DNA of 64,000 bases from Minisyncoccota bacterium. GTDB taxonomy: Bacteria > Patescibacteriota > Minisyncoccia > Phycocordibacterales > UBA918. The DNA lies in NCBI GenBank assembly GCA_022841645.1, contig JALHRC010000003.1, forward strand, positions 6,553 to 70,552. Direction: 5' to 3'. Within the stretch, counting starts at the first letter, position 1. Every line of letters begins with the position of its first letter. A program made the position numbers and the translations under genes. The notes beneath the pieces are model-generated. The model had not been told where the DNA came from. It searched no databases and saw nothing but the letters and a program-made list of their open reading frames with translations. Positions 10,198 through 19,848 of the stretch are shown here, piece after piece.

Positions 10198-10809
10198 ATG
10201 ATCGGCCTACTCATCTCGCTCGCGGTCATAAGCACGCTAGTTGGTGTCGTGTATTTTAGTGACGCTACTGATAGCCCTAACGTTGTCGGGGAAATACTTC
10301 AAGAAGCACAGCCAGCAGCGCGCGAGTCAGCACAGTCAGCTGTGGAAGCTGCAAAGGATGCTGCGCGAGCACTCGAAGCGGCTAGTCGTGGCGAGAGCAG
10401 ACCAGTAGCACCGGCGACTCCTGAGTTGGGGCCACTTACGCCCATCACCATCGGTGCCACGGCGGTGAAGGCATCCATCGCCCGCACGCCAAAAGAGCGC
10501 ACGGCAGGTCTCTCTGGTGTACTGGAGTTACCAGAAGACGTAGTAAAACTCTTTGTGTTTGACGTCCTTGGTCCGCAGAGTATTTGGATGAAGGAGATGC
10601 TCTTCGCGCTTGATATCATGTGGCTCGATAAAAGTGGGGTAGTGGTACATGTAGAAACTAATGTCGCTCCTGAAACATTCCCGACGAGTTTTAGTTCGCC
10701 GGTGCCGGCTCTCTATGTCATTGAAGCGCAGGCTGGTTTTGTGGAGACTCACGGCATAAAGTTGGGGGCAGTAGCTGATCTGGCTAAAGTTGTAGAAAGT
10801 AATCTTTAG
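10198..10809 (+). CDS. DUF192 family protein with N-terminal anchor
   Basis: Motifs ARTPKERTAGLS, IWMKEMLFALDIMWLD, YVIEAQAG. Confidence 0.85.
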   Translation: MIGLLISLAVISTLVGVVYFSDATDSPNVVGEILQEAQPAARESAQSAVEAAKDAARALEAASRGESRPVAPATPELGPLTPITIGATAVKASIARTPKERTAGLSGVLELPEDVVKLFVFDVLGPQSIWMKEMLFALDIMWLDKSGVVVHVETNVAPETFPTSFSSPVPALYVIEAQAGFVETHGIKLGAVADLAKVVESNL

Positions 10810-10824
10810 TTGTATAATGTTATA

Positions 10825-11501
10825 GTACGGTGATCGCCGAGCACCTTCTCTCGTTAGTATTTATGTGCGGCGCGGTTGACGAAAGGTCATTTCGTTACTG
10901 CTGGTGTGCATAAATTAAATGGTAGCGAGAGAAGGTGCTCGGAGGAAAGTCCGAACACGCCCAGCCCCAGTTTCGGTGGCGATTTATTCACTGTGGTGGA
11001 CAGCAGACCTTTTTCTGCTCCACACCTTCGTTTATAAATGGCTGTAGAAACTGGGGCTGGAGTAGGGTAGCGGGTAACCCCCGTCGTGCGCCCATAAAGC
11101 GCGAAGAGGTGCGAGCAGAGACGCTTCCACGCGAAAGTACGGAGCTCCCTACGGCATTTTGTTGTAGGAAGAGCCGCCACGGTAACGTGGCGGGTGAAAC
11201 GGCAAAATCCTTACCTGCGTGCAAGGCCGTGCCCCGCCCCAGTTTTGGCGGCTGTGTAGAGGTAACGTGTGGTGTGATGCTGTGCCCAGCATATCATTGT
11301 AAGAACCTATACGGCCACTAAAACTGGGGCGGGGAGAGCCGCTTGAGGGTGTCGGCAACGCCACTCCTAGATATATGATCACCCCGAGCACCTTCTTTGG
11401 CTGTCAGGTGGAGCATTGCGGAGTCAGTTAATCTGCTACTGTCTTGCATTAGTCCGCTTGGTTAGTAGAGAAGGTGCTCGGACAGAATTCGGCTTACGTA
11501 C
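10825..11501 (+). ncRNA. rnpB: RNase P RNA, enlarged by four ~100-nt hairpins
   Basis: GAGGAAAGTCC (10942-10952), GGGTGAAACGG, ACAGAATTCGGCTTAC (11482-11497); P2 GGTGATC/GATCACC; TATAAT at 10813. Confidence 0.9.
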
Positions 11502-11502
11502 A

Positions 11503-11537
11503 CACTGCGCCGCACCCCTCTGGGGTGCGGCGCAGTG
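11503..11537 (+). terminator. Hairpin after rnpB
   Basis: CACTGCGCCGCACCCC-tct-GGGGTGCGGCGCAGTG. Confidence 0.6.
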
Positions 11538-11588
11538 CTCTATGCTACGATAGGTGTATACACGTTAATCACCAGTGGGTTTTTATCT

Positions 11589-14129
11589 ATGGATCACGTC
11601 ACTTTTTCACCCCGCTTGCGTCCCGGGGGCGACACACTTGAACGCTGGCTTATTGGCGCGGCGCAAATAGTGTTGCTGACACTCCTTGTGATACTGCCGA
11701 TTTTGTTCATCCCGCACGCACAATTGTCGCTCGGTTTTACCAAGAGCTTTGTGGCTCTGGCGGCTGTCTCGTCTGCTTTCGTGCTCTTTGGACTTTTTAT
11801 GTTGCGTATGGGATTTGTGCGCCTGGTCGGATGGTCAACTCTTTCGTTGTGGTGGCTCTGGGTTTTTATCGGAGTTGCTTCGGCACTATTGTCGGGGGAT
11901 CGGCGCGATGCCTTTTTAGGTGACGTCTTTGGATCGGGCACGGTTGGTTTTATGGCGCTCCTCGCGCTCATCATCACCGTCACTGCGCTTGTCATTGAGC
12001 AGCGCGCACGCCTCTTACGCGGACTCATGGCCTTGGCAGTAGTGTCATTTCTATTTCAACTTTGGCATGTTTTGCGAATAGTGGCCGGCCCCGAGTGGCT
12101 GTCGTTTGGCGTATTTACGGCACCGACCCTCTCGCCCTTGGGTAGCTTCAATGACGTGGCCATATTTTCGGGACTACTCATTATTGTTTCGCTGATTGCT
12201 CTCTTGCAGCTACCACTTCGCGCTTCTGCACAAGTCTTCTTTGGATTACTTACGGCGCTTTCGCTGTTTCTTTTACTCGTTATCAACTTCTTCGCAGTGT
12301 GGGTAACGGTCGGCTTCTTTGCACTCCTCGTCTTGCTCTATGCGCTCACCCGTGACCGTCTGCTAGCGCCTGTTAGTACCCCCGCCATCCCGGCAGCAGC
12401 GGCCCGCAGTGTTTCGTGGCCAGTCGTGGCTATCGTGGGTCTCGTATGCGTTACTGCCGCCACTGGTGTCTTGGGTGGTTCGGCGGTGGGCAGTAGCCTC
12501 GGGTTAGCATTCGGTGTGCAGTATGTTGAAGTGCGTCCGTCATTCACTAGCACGCTCGATATTGCGAGTGCTGCCTACCGCGATGACCAGGCGCTTTTAG
12601 GTGTTGGACCGGCTCGTTTTGAAGATGCGTGGCGACAGTATCGCGACCCAGTCATAAACACGACGCTCTTTTGGAACACTACCTTTGGCAGTGGCAGTGG
12701 CTACATTCCAACTATGTTGGTTACCCTCGGCGTGGCCGGAGTACTGGCGATGTTACTTGCACTCGGCAGCCTCGTGCTCACGGGCTACCGGACACTCGTC
12801 ACGGCTGCCGCTCAGGCCGATGCGTTTTGGTACTTTATTGCGACAACCGCCAGCGCCAGCGCCTTCTACCTGTGGGGTGTGGCCTTCATCTATGTACCAG
12901 GCGTGAGCCTTTTGCTTTTAGCGGCGTTTATGAGTGGTCTCCTCCTCGTCGCATATGGTCAGCTCCAGCCACAATCAGCACGCGTTTATACGTTTACCGA
13001 TAGCCGACCTCGGGCCTTCATACTGATTGGTATCGTAATGGCGATGGTAACGGGTGCGATGGCAGTACTGTTTGTGGTAAGTACACAATTCGTTGCTCAT
13101 GTTACCTTTGCAAACGCACTACGCGCCGCCACGACCAATCCTGATCCCGTGGCTGCCGACGCCGCACTCGCCGATGCTGACGCACTTTTTCCGAGCGACA
13201 GTTATATAGCACAGCGGGTGCAATTGCGCCTCGGTCTCATTGGTGATTTGTTGCGCACCGAAAATCCTACCGAGGCTGACGTAAGTCGCTTTAATCAGGC
13301 TGCGGCCGAGGCGCTCTCCTATGCGAGCGAGGCCGTCCGGCGTGATCCGACAAACCCCACTACCCACCTCCTCTTAGGTACGGTGCATGGCGTACTCTTT
13401 CTTAATGGCGCTACCACTACCGAGGGAGCACTCATGGCCGCTTTTGCGAAAGCAAGTGAGCTCGATCCTCAGAACCCTGAGTATGCTTTGATTGAGGCTC
13501 AAATCGCCGCTCGCGTGGGTAACCTCGCGCGCACGCGTACACTCCTACAGATGGCGCTTACGCGTAAGTCAAATTATGTCGACGCACTCTACTTACTCAC
13601 CCAGTTGGATGTGAGTGAAGGTAATACCGAAGCCGCACTTTCAAGCGCTCGTTCCCTGGTGTCGATCGAACCACAGAACCCTGTGCGCTACTTTCAGCTC
13701 GGTTCACTACTTCTTTCACGCCGCGACACCGCTGCCGCTCGTGGTGCGTTTGAAGCTGCTCTCGCGCTTGATCCCCAGTTTGCGAATGCTCGCTATTTGC
13801 TCGCCCTGGTCTATATTGAGGAGGGTCGCACCGCCGAGGCGCTGGCCGCTTTACGCACCGTCCAGTCCACCAACATGGAGAATGCTGAACTAAACGAACT
13901 GATTGCCGCTCTTGAGTCTGGTACCTCAACTATTCCAACCCTCGGTGTGACGCCGCCCGTTTCAGAATCGACCCCCGCTGTTGACGGAGAAGGTGTGACG
14001 ACCTCACCCGCCCCTTCCGACACTGATCTGATCGTTCCGGTTAATCGTTCGAGTACCCCTGATGAAGAGATTGACTCGACAGATGACCCACTACCTTCTG
14101 AGGCTACGAGCGATGAGACTCCTGATTAG
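11589..14129 (+). CDS. Polytopic membrane protein, O-antigen ligase-like, with C-terminal TPR repeats
   Basis: Many TM helices, LLGVGPARF loop, TPR motifs (DPQNP, EPQNP, DPQFANARY). Confidence 0.7.
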   Translation: MDHVTFSPRLRPGGDTLERWLIGAAQIVLLTLLVILPILFIPHAQLSLGFTKSFVALAAVSSAFVLFGLFMLRMGFVRLVGWSTLSLWWLWVFIGVASALLSGDRRDAFLGDVFGSGTVGFMALLALIITVTALVIEQRARLLRGLMALAVVSFLFQLWHVLRIVAGPEWLSFGVFTAPTLSPLGSFNDVAIFSGLLIIVSLIALLQLPLRASAQVFFGLLTALSLFLLLVINFFAVWVTVGFFALLVLLYALTRDRLLAPVSTPAIPAAAARSVSWPVVAIVGLVCVTAATGVLGGSAVGSSLGLAFGVQYVEVRPSFTSTLDIASAAYRDDQALLGVGPARFEDAWRQYRDPVINTTLFWNTTFGSGSGYIPTMLVTLGVAGVLAMLLALGSLVLTGYRTLVTAAAQADAFWYFIATTASASAFYLWGVAFIYVPGVSLLLLAAFMSGLLLVAYGQLQPQSARVYTFTDSRPRAFILIGIVMAMVTGAMAVLFVVSTQFVAHVTFANALRAATTNPDPVAADAALADADALFPSDSYIAQRVQLRLGLIGDLLRTENPTEADVSRFNQAAAEALSYASEAVRRDPTNPTTHLLLGTVHGVLFLNGATTTEGALMAAFAKASELDPQNPEYALIEAQIAARVGNLARTRTLLQMALTRKSNYVDALYLLTQLDVSEGNTEAALSSARSLVSIEPQNPVRYFQLGSLLLSRRDTAAARGAFEAALALDPQFANARYLLALVYIEEGRTAEALAALRTVQSTNMENAELNELIAALESGTSTIPTLGVTPPVSESTPAVDGEGVTTSPAPSDTDLIVPVNRSSTPDEEIDSTDDPLPSEATSDETPD

Positions 14130-14132
14130 GTC

Positions 14133-15812
14133 ATGGTGCGACGAGCCTTCACACTGATGTATAGCGAAATACGTGGCCTTCATCAGGCTGCGTATCTCTT
14201 GGCCCTCTTTGCGTTTGGCTCGCAGCTGTTGGCGATTGTACGTGACCGCGCGCTGTCGCATACCTTTGGGGCTGGCCGCGAACTTGACCTCTACTACGCT
14301 GCCTTTCGTATTCCTGACTTGTTGTTTGTGGTGTTTGCCTCAGTGCTCTCAGTCTACGTCCTTTTGCCGTTTGTCGAGCGTGCTCGGGCTACCTCCGGAG
14401 AGGGTGCGGCGGCGCGTCTTTTGAGCCAATGTTTTACCCTCTTTCTTAGTGTCTACGCAGTAGTGGCAGTGGTGTTGTGGGTCGCCTTGCCTTATCTCAT
14501 CCCATTCCTGTTTCCTGGTTTGACCGCTGACGCCGAGATTCTCACTACCCTCACCCGTATACTGCTCCTCCAGCCATTCTTCCTTGGGCTCTCGACTCTT
14601 TTTGGGGTGGTGACGCAGGCTGAACGTCGCTTTGTGCTCTACGCATTGTCGCCACTTCTCTATAACCTCGGGATCATTATTGGTGTGGTACTTCTGTACC
14701 CACTCTACGGGCTTAATGGTGTGGTGGTGGGTGTCGTAGCGGGGGCGATCGGCCACTTGGCGGTGCAGTATCCACTGGTGCGAAAAAGCAGTCTCCGCTT
14801 TGATTTTGCCCGCAGCATCGACTGGCGAGCCATACGTGAACTTATACTAGCGGCACTCCCACGAGCCGCTACGCTTTCCGCACACCAGCTAAGCCTCTTT
14901 GTGCTCATTGCGATTGCTACCATGATGACAGTTGGCTCGGTGGCAGTTTTCCAGCTTGCTTTTAATTTACAGTCGGTACCGCTCGCAATTATTGGTATGA
15001 GTTACTCAGTGGCTGCCTTTCCGATGCTGGCTGAGTGTATGGCCAAAAATGATCGAGCCAACTTTGTCGAGCACGTGGTGTCGGCACTGCGTCACATTAT
15101 TTTTTGGTCCCTCCCGGCTATTGGCCTTATTATCGTGCTCCGTGCCCAGATGGTGCGGGCGCTCTTTGGCAGTGGAAACTTCGACTGGGATGACACGCGA
15201 CTCACAGCTGCGGTGGTCGCTCTCCTCGTCGTGTCCTTAGTGGGGCAGTCGCTCCTCCTATTGTTTGTGCGCGCCTTTTATGCCGCCGGACGCATGGCCC
15301 TACCGCTCCTGATCGCCATTGTCGGTGTTGTCGTGACGGTAGTTTCGGCGTTCTTTTTCGATTACGCTTTCACGGAGTGGCCGTTTCTTCTGGTGGCGCT
15401 CGAAGAGCTGCTTCGACTCACTGAAGTCTCTGGTACCGAAGTACTCGTCATCCCGCTTGCCTTTACGTTCGGGGTGCTGGTTGAGGCCGTACTCCTCGTT
15501 CTCATCTTTGCTCGAAATTTTGGCTTGCCGTTTGGCATTCTAGGTAAGCTCTTTTTAAAAAGTACTTTTGCGGCGCTTGCTGGTGCGGGGAGCGCCTACC
15601 TTACCCTCCAGTTTATTGTTGATGGTGTTAATCAAGAAACGCTCATCGGTATAGTGCTCCAAGGCACCGCGGCCGGGTTCGTCGGGCTCTGCGCAGTCGT
15701 GCTTGCGTATGCGGCCGTCCGTTCGCGCGAGCTGGCTGAATTGTACGCTTCCTTTAGAGCTCGCCTCTTTAAAGCCGATGTGATCGCCCCCCAGACCGAC
15801 ACCATCGCCTAG
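14133..15812 (+). CDS. murJ: Lipid II flippase MurJ/MviN
   Basis: Motifs VRDRALSHTFGAGRELDLYYAAFRIPD, SPLLYNLGII, AAFP, RAFYA. Confidence 0.88.
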   Translation: MVRRAFTLMYSEIRGLHQAAYLLALFAFGSQLLAIVRDRALSHTFGAGRELDLYYAAFRIPDLLFVVFASVLSVYVLLPFVERARATSGEGAAARLLSQCFTLFLSVYAVVAVVLWVALPYLIPFLFPGLTADAEILTTLTRILLLQPFFLGLSTLFGVVTQAERRFVLYALSPLLYNLGIIIGVVLLYPLYGLNGVVVGVVAGAIGHLAVQYPLVRKSSLRFDFARSIDWRAIRELILAALPRAATLSAHQLSLFVLIAIATMMTVGSVAVFQLAFNLQSVPLAIIGMSYSVAAFPMLAECMAKNDRANFVEHVVSALRHIIFWSLPAIGLIIVLRAQMVRALFGSGNFDWDDTRLTAAVVALLVVSLVGQSLLLLFVRAFYAAGRMALPLLIAIVGVVVTVVSAFFFDYAFTEWPFLLVALEELLRLTEVSGTEVLVIPLAFTFGVLVEAVLLVLIFARNFGLPFGILGKLFLKSTFAALAGAGSAYLTLQFIVDGVNQETLIGIVLQGTAAGFVGLCAVVLAYAAVRSRELAELYASFRARLFKADVIAPQTDTIA

Positions 15813-15860
15813 GCTCGCTTTTTTCACGAGGTAGGGTAGAGTATCGCCACCACACACCGT

Positions 15861-17657
15861 ATGGCCACTCTCATTAGAAATTTCAGTATCATTGCGCACA
15901 TCGATCACGGCAAATCGACCTTGGCTGATCGTATGCTCGAGCTCACCAAAACCGTCGAGGCCCGCAAGATGAAAGACCAAATGCTCGACTCGATGGAGCT
16001 TGAGCGCGAGCGGGGCATCACCATCAAGATGCAGCCGGTGCGCATGCGCTATGAGCGGGGAGGGGTGGAATATGAACTCAATCTTATTGACACTCCTGGT
16101 CATATCGACTTTTCCTACGAAGTGTCGCGGGCACTGAAGGCCGTTGAGGGGGTACTACTCCTCGTTGACGCAACGCAGGGTATTCAAGCACAGACCCTCA
16201 CGACACTCCAGATGGCCAAGGACCAGGGCCTTACGATCATCCCAGTACTGACCAAAATTGATGTGCCGCACGCGCGGGTAGTAGATGTAAGTGGTGATGT
16301 GGTTACCTTGCTTGGCTGCGCTCCCGAGGATATTGTTTGTGTGTCAGGAAAAACTGGGGAGGGTGTACCAGAGCTTCTTTCAGTCATCTGCGATCGCATC
16401 CCACCGCCGGCGCCAAGCGAACACACTCAAGGCTTCCGTGGTCTTGTGTTTGATTTTCAATATAGCAATCACCGGGGGGTGATTGTATTTTTCCGTGTCT
16501 TTGATGGTCAGGTGAAGAAGGGCGATATGCTCCGCTTTATTGCGAGCGAGCGCACCTTTACCGCGCTTGAGGTGGGAATTGTAACGCCCGAGCAAAAAGC
16601 GGTCGAGATGCTGACCGCTGGGGAAATTGGCTATATCGTTACCGGCATCAAAGAGCCGGGGGTAACCCGCGTCGGTGACACACTTACGCTCGAGCGTTCC
16701 CCTCTGCCGGCTTTGCCTGGCTATACCGAGGCGCGACCAGTCGTATGGGCGTCGGTATTTCCGGAAAACCAGGATGATTTTACGATGCTCCGTCAGGCGC
16801 TTGATCGACTCAAGCTTTCTGATTCATCGCTCTCGTATGAGGAAGAATCGTCAGGAGTGCTGGGGCGGGGATTTCGTTGCGGCTTTCTCGGGATGCTCCA
16901 CCTCGAGATTGTGACCGAGCGCTTGCGCCGCGAATTTGACATGGAGATTATTATCACTGCTCCCTCGATTGCCTACGAGGTGACCTTTCCCAATGGAAGT
17001 GTAGAGTCTATCTACGCGGCATCACGTTTTCCCGAGCATGGCGAAAAGGTGAGTGTACGAGAGCCCTGGATCTTGGGACAGATTTTTATGCCGCCCGAGT
17101 ATATGGGAGGAGTTCTTACGCTGCTCTACGAACACGAAGCCAGTGTGCTTGATACTGAAGTCTTTCGTGACGGCCGTAATTTGCTTACGATCGAGATGCC
17201 GCTCCGGGAGCTTATGCGCAATTTCTTTGATAAGCTCAAAAATGTGAGCAGTGGCTACGCTTCACTCTCCTACGAAGTTGCTGAAGTGCGCCCGGCTGAT
17301 GTAGTACGGCTCGATATTTTGGTAGCCGAGGAATTGGTGCCGGCTTTCTCACGAGTGGTGGGAGCGCGCCGCGCTGAGTTTGATGGGCGCGCCATGATCG
17401 ATAAGCTCTACGACACGATGCCGCGCCAGCAGTTTGTCTTAAAGTTGCAGGCCAAGGTCCGAGGCAAGATTATTGCGAGCCGTTCGCTGTCGGCCCTTCG
17501 CAAAGACGTTACCGGCTACCTCTACGGCGGCGACATTACGCGTAAAATGAAACTCCTTGAGAAACAGAAGGAAGGCAAGAAAAAAGCTCTTGAGCGCGGC
17601 CGAGGCAATGTGCACATCCCGCAAGAAGTCTTCATGAAAATGGTTAAATCAGACTAA
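15861..17657 (+). CDS. lepA: Elongation factor 4 (LepA)
   Basis: Motifs IRNFSIIAHIDHGKSTLADR, GFRCGFLGMLH, LYGGDITRKMKLLEKQKEGKK. Confidence 0.98.
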   Translation: MATLIRNFSIIAHIDHGKSTLADRMLELTKTVEARKMKDQMLDSMELERERGITIKMQPVRMRYERGGVEYELNLIDTPGHIDFSYEVSRALKAVEGVLLLVDATQGIQAQTLTTLQMAKDQGLTIIPVLTKIDVPHARVVDVSGDVVTLLGCAPEDIVCVSGKTGEGVPELLSVICDRIPPPAPSEHTQGFRGLVFDFQYSNHRGVIVFFRVFDGQVKKGDMLRFIASERTFTALEVGIVTPEQKAVEMLTAGEIGYIVTGIKEPGVTRVGDTLTLERSPLPALPGYTEARPVVWASVFPENQDDFTMLRQALDRLKLSDSSLSYEEESSGVLGRGFRCGFLGMLHLEIVTERLRREFDMEIIITAPSIAYEVTFPNGSVESIYAASRFPEHGEKVSVREPWILGQIFMPPEYMGGVLTLLYEHEASVLDTEVFRDGRNLLTIEMPLRELMRNFFDKLKNVSSGYASLSYEVAEVRPADVVRLDILVAEELVPAFSRVVGARRAEFDGRAMIDKLYDTMPRQQFVLKLQAKVRGKIIASRSLSALRKDVTGYLYGGDITRKMKLLEKQKEGKKKALERGRGNVHIPQEVFMKMVKSD

Positions 17658-17871
17658 ATGTCTGATTTAAGACCTAGCCAGCTACTTTTGAGTGCGCGAA
17701 AAAAGTAGCGACAAGGTGTACTGGCGACCGTAGGGCGAAAAGTGACTAACGTCACTTTTGAGATCTTTTGAGATAGACTACGAGCGGAGCGAAGTAGTAT
17801 ATCCAAAAGGTATACTGGCACCTGTAAGCGGAATCAGACTAAATGTCTGATTTAAAACCTTGCCATCTACT
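17644..17871 (+). repeat. Structured element behind lepA with duplicated gene end
   Basis: AATCAGACTAAATGTCTGATTTAA at 17647-17670 and 17832-17855, with internal hairpins. Confidence 0.75.
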
Positions 17872-17903
17872 GCGACGGATGGAAGAAGCGTTACTAGCGG
17901 CCA

Positions 17904-18017
17904 CTAGGCCATGCCTAAAGTGAGGCCTATCACCATACTGGCGATGATAATAGTAGCCACGGTGATCCAGGTCCACTTAATAATCGCTTTTCCTCGTTTA
18001 TCAAACAGAAAATTCAT
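17904..18017 (-). CDS. 37-aa single-TM small protein (below the ORF-track cutoff)
   Basis: MNFLFDKRGKAIIKWTWITVATIIIASMVIGLTLGMA*: basic N-terminus plus one TM helix. Confidence 0.6.
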   Translation of the reverse strand: MNFLFDKRGKAIIKWTWITVATIIIASMVIGLTLGMA

Positions 18018-18037
18018 ACGTGGTAAGATAGTACCAC

Positions 18038-18364
18038 ATGTTGAGTTTCAGCCAAAAGCGCCAACTACGCCGTTTTGCCACCTCGCGGCTCATGCATATT
18101 GCGCTCCTTTTCGCCTGTGTGGCGGTGGGTGTAAGTGCCTATGGTCGCTATGAAGTAGCGCGCGAGATGGCGCAGCGACGAGCGGCGGCCGAGAGGGAAC
18201 TCGCGAGCCTCTCCGAGCGACGTGCGGCGCTCGAGGCCGAGGTGGCGTACCTCAAGAGTGAGCGAGGAATTGAAGCGGAGATGCGACGTCAGTTTGATAT
18301 TGCTCGTGAGGGCGAACAGGTGGTCATTATTCTCGACAAACCCACTACCGCTGAAACAAACTAG
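18038..18364 (+). CDS. Septum formation initiator (FtsB/DivIC-like)
   Basis: TM helix, coiled coil, IEAEMRRQFDIAREGEQVV. Confidence 0.75.
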   Translation: MLSFSQKRQLRRFATSRLMHIALLFACVAVGVSAYGRYEVAREMAQRRAAAERELASLSERRAALEAEVAYLKSERGIEAEMRRQFDIAREGEQVVIILDKPTTAETN

Positions 18365-18411
18365 CCAGCCAAGCGTACTACGCGTATACTGGTCATATTA
18401 AACACCCTTGT

Positions 18412-18648
18412 ATGTCAAAAACCGTCACCATTTACAGCACCCCGGTCTGCCATTACTGCCACACCGCCAAAGAATTTTTTAAAGAGAACAACATTGCTTA
18501 CACTGAGCACGATGTGGCGAGCGACGCCGAGAAGCGCGCTGAGATGGTCGACATGACAGGTCAGATGGGTGTGCCGGTGATTCGCATCGAAGACGAAGTG
18601 ATTGTCGGCTACGACGAAGATAAGCTCAAAGAGCTTTTAGGAGTGTAG
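18412..18648 (+). CDS. Glutaredoxin/NrdH-like redoxin
   Basis: Motifs YSTPVCHYC, GQMGVPVI, IVGYD. Confidence 0.9.
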   Translation: MSKTVTIYSTPVCHYCHTAKEFFKENNIAYTEHDVASDAEKRAEMVDMTGQMGVPVIRIEDEVIVGYDEDKLKELLGV

Positions 18649-18672
18649 CGAAGAGAGGAGGGTACGAGTGAG

Positions 18673-18706
18673 GCAAAAAAGTCGCCCTTATGGGCGACTT
18701 TTTTGC
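18673..18706 (+). terminator. Intrinsic terminator
   Basis: GCAAAAAAGTCGCCC-ttat-GGGCGACTTTTTTGC. Confidence 0.8.
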
Positions 18707-18737
18707 TGTCCAGAAATATGCCATACTGACGCGACTT

Positions 18738-18810
18738 GCCCCCGTAGTTCAATGGATTAGAACAGTCCCGTCCTAAGGGATAGATGTAGGTTCGATTCCT
18801 ACCGAGGGCA
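18738..18810 (+). tRNA. tRNA-Arg(CCT)
   Basis: Cloverleaf; anticodon arm GTCCC-GTCCTAA-GGGAT; T arm GTAGG-TTCGATT-CCTAC; CCA not encoded. Confidence 0.92.
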
Positions 18811-18836
18811 CAAACACGTTATAATAAAGTGTCACC

Positions 18837-19124
18837 ATGGAAACCATCGACACGCATGATGAAATTAAGGAGCTGCTCCTTGAAAACCAGCGGCTGCTTA
18901 AAGAAAATAACGAGCTACTGTTAGGTATGCGCCGCAGTGCGCGCTGGGCGTTCGCATTTCGGGTGCTGTGGTTTGCGATGATTCTCGGTGCACCGATCGC
19001 GCTCTACTATCTTTTGCTTGAGCCAAACATTGACTCGCTTTATCGGGCGTACGGGGTCTTTGAGCGGAGCGCCACCGAGCTTACGGGCTTGCGCCAATTC
19101 CTCAATGAATCAGGCACAGAATGA
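18837..19124 (+). CDS. Small membrane protein, hypothetical
   Basis: Coiled coil (LLENQRLLKENNELL) plus TM helix; TATAAT upstream. Confidence 0.7.
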   Translation: METIDTHDEIKELLLENQRLLKENNELLLGMRRSARWAFAFRVLWFAMILGAPIALYYLLLEPNIDSLYRAYGVFERSATELTGLRQFLNESGTE

Positions 19125-19132
19125 TATATAAG

Positions 19133-19205
19133 TGCTTGGGGCCGGGCTCGAACCGGCGACCCCCTCCTCTTCAGGGAGATGCTCTACCAACTGAGCTACC
19201 CAAGC
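19133..19205 (-). tRNA. tRNA-Phe(GAA)
   Basis: GCTTGGG...TCTCC-CTGAAGA-GGAGG...GCCGG-TTCGAGC-CCGGC-CCCAAGCA. Confidence 0.95.
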
Positions 19206-19289
19206 AATTCGTGGCAAGTATACTCGATTTACACACTATTTCAACTAGAACGTCCGCAAACTTTTTATTACATTGTAGATGTAGTTTGT

Positions 19290-19327
19290 AAAAGTAAGAG
19301 CTACCTCTAGAGGTAGCTCTTACTTTT
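19290..19327. terminator. Perfect 38-bp palindrome, probable terminator of hsp20
   Basis: AAAAGTAAGAGCTACCTCT|AGAGGTAGCTCTTACTTTT. Confidence 0.6.
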
Positions 19328-19344
19328 TTACGCCGTAAGAATTG

Positions 19345-19848
19345 CTACTTCTGCACCACGTTGCTCTTCACCCGCAACTGCGTGCTGCGCTGCTTGTCGA
19401 GCTTGGGGAGGCGAATCTCCAGGAGACCGTGCTTCTCTTGGGCCTCAGCTTCGTCAATCACAATTTCTTCGGGAAGCAGCACTGAACGTGAGAAGCTGCC
19501 CCAAAAGAGCTCGCGGTTTTGGTAGTTGTCGTCATGAGTTTCCTGGAATTCTTCGCGGACGCCGCGGATGGTGACCATATCGCGGGTGATCGCAATATCA
19601 AGATCGGTAGGGGCAACACCAGCTACGAGCGCCCGAATCACAATGGCGTCGCTGGTCTGGTACATGTCGATGGGGAGCTCACCCTCCTGGGGGGCGCGGG
19701 TGCCTGAGGCGGCGTCGTTTTCCCACGTGTCGGCTTCTTCGTGCTCGTCGGCTTCATCACCAAAGCGGTGATTCTCATCGAGAATTTTATCATAGTCGGT
19801 ATCTGGGGCACTGCCCGTGAGTCGTTCGAGGAATGAGGGTTTTTTCAT
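19345..19848 (-). CDS. Hsp20/alpha-crystallin small heat-shock protein
   Basis: Motifs LPIDMYQT, ELFWGSFSRSVLLP, HGLLEIRLPK. Confidence 0.92.
   Translation of the reverse strand: MKKPSFLERLTGSAPDTDYDKILDENHRFGDEADEHEEADTWENDAASGTRAPQEGELPIDMYQTSDAIVIRALVAGVAPTDLDIAITRDMVTIRGVREEFQETHDDNYQNRELFWGSFSRSVLLPEEIVIDEAEAQEKHGLLEIRLPKLDKQRSTQLRVKSNVVQK

Noticed and set aside
10887-11391. Several ORFs of 78-128 aa overlapping this region
   Set aside because: They lie within the RNase P RNA and have no protein-like features.
15555-16103. Long antisense ORF over murJ/lepA, and similar shadows over valS, ftsZ and the ATPase
   Set aside because: These are antisense shadows of well-supported genes.
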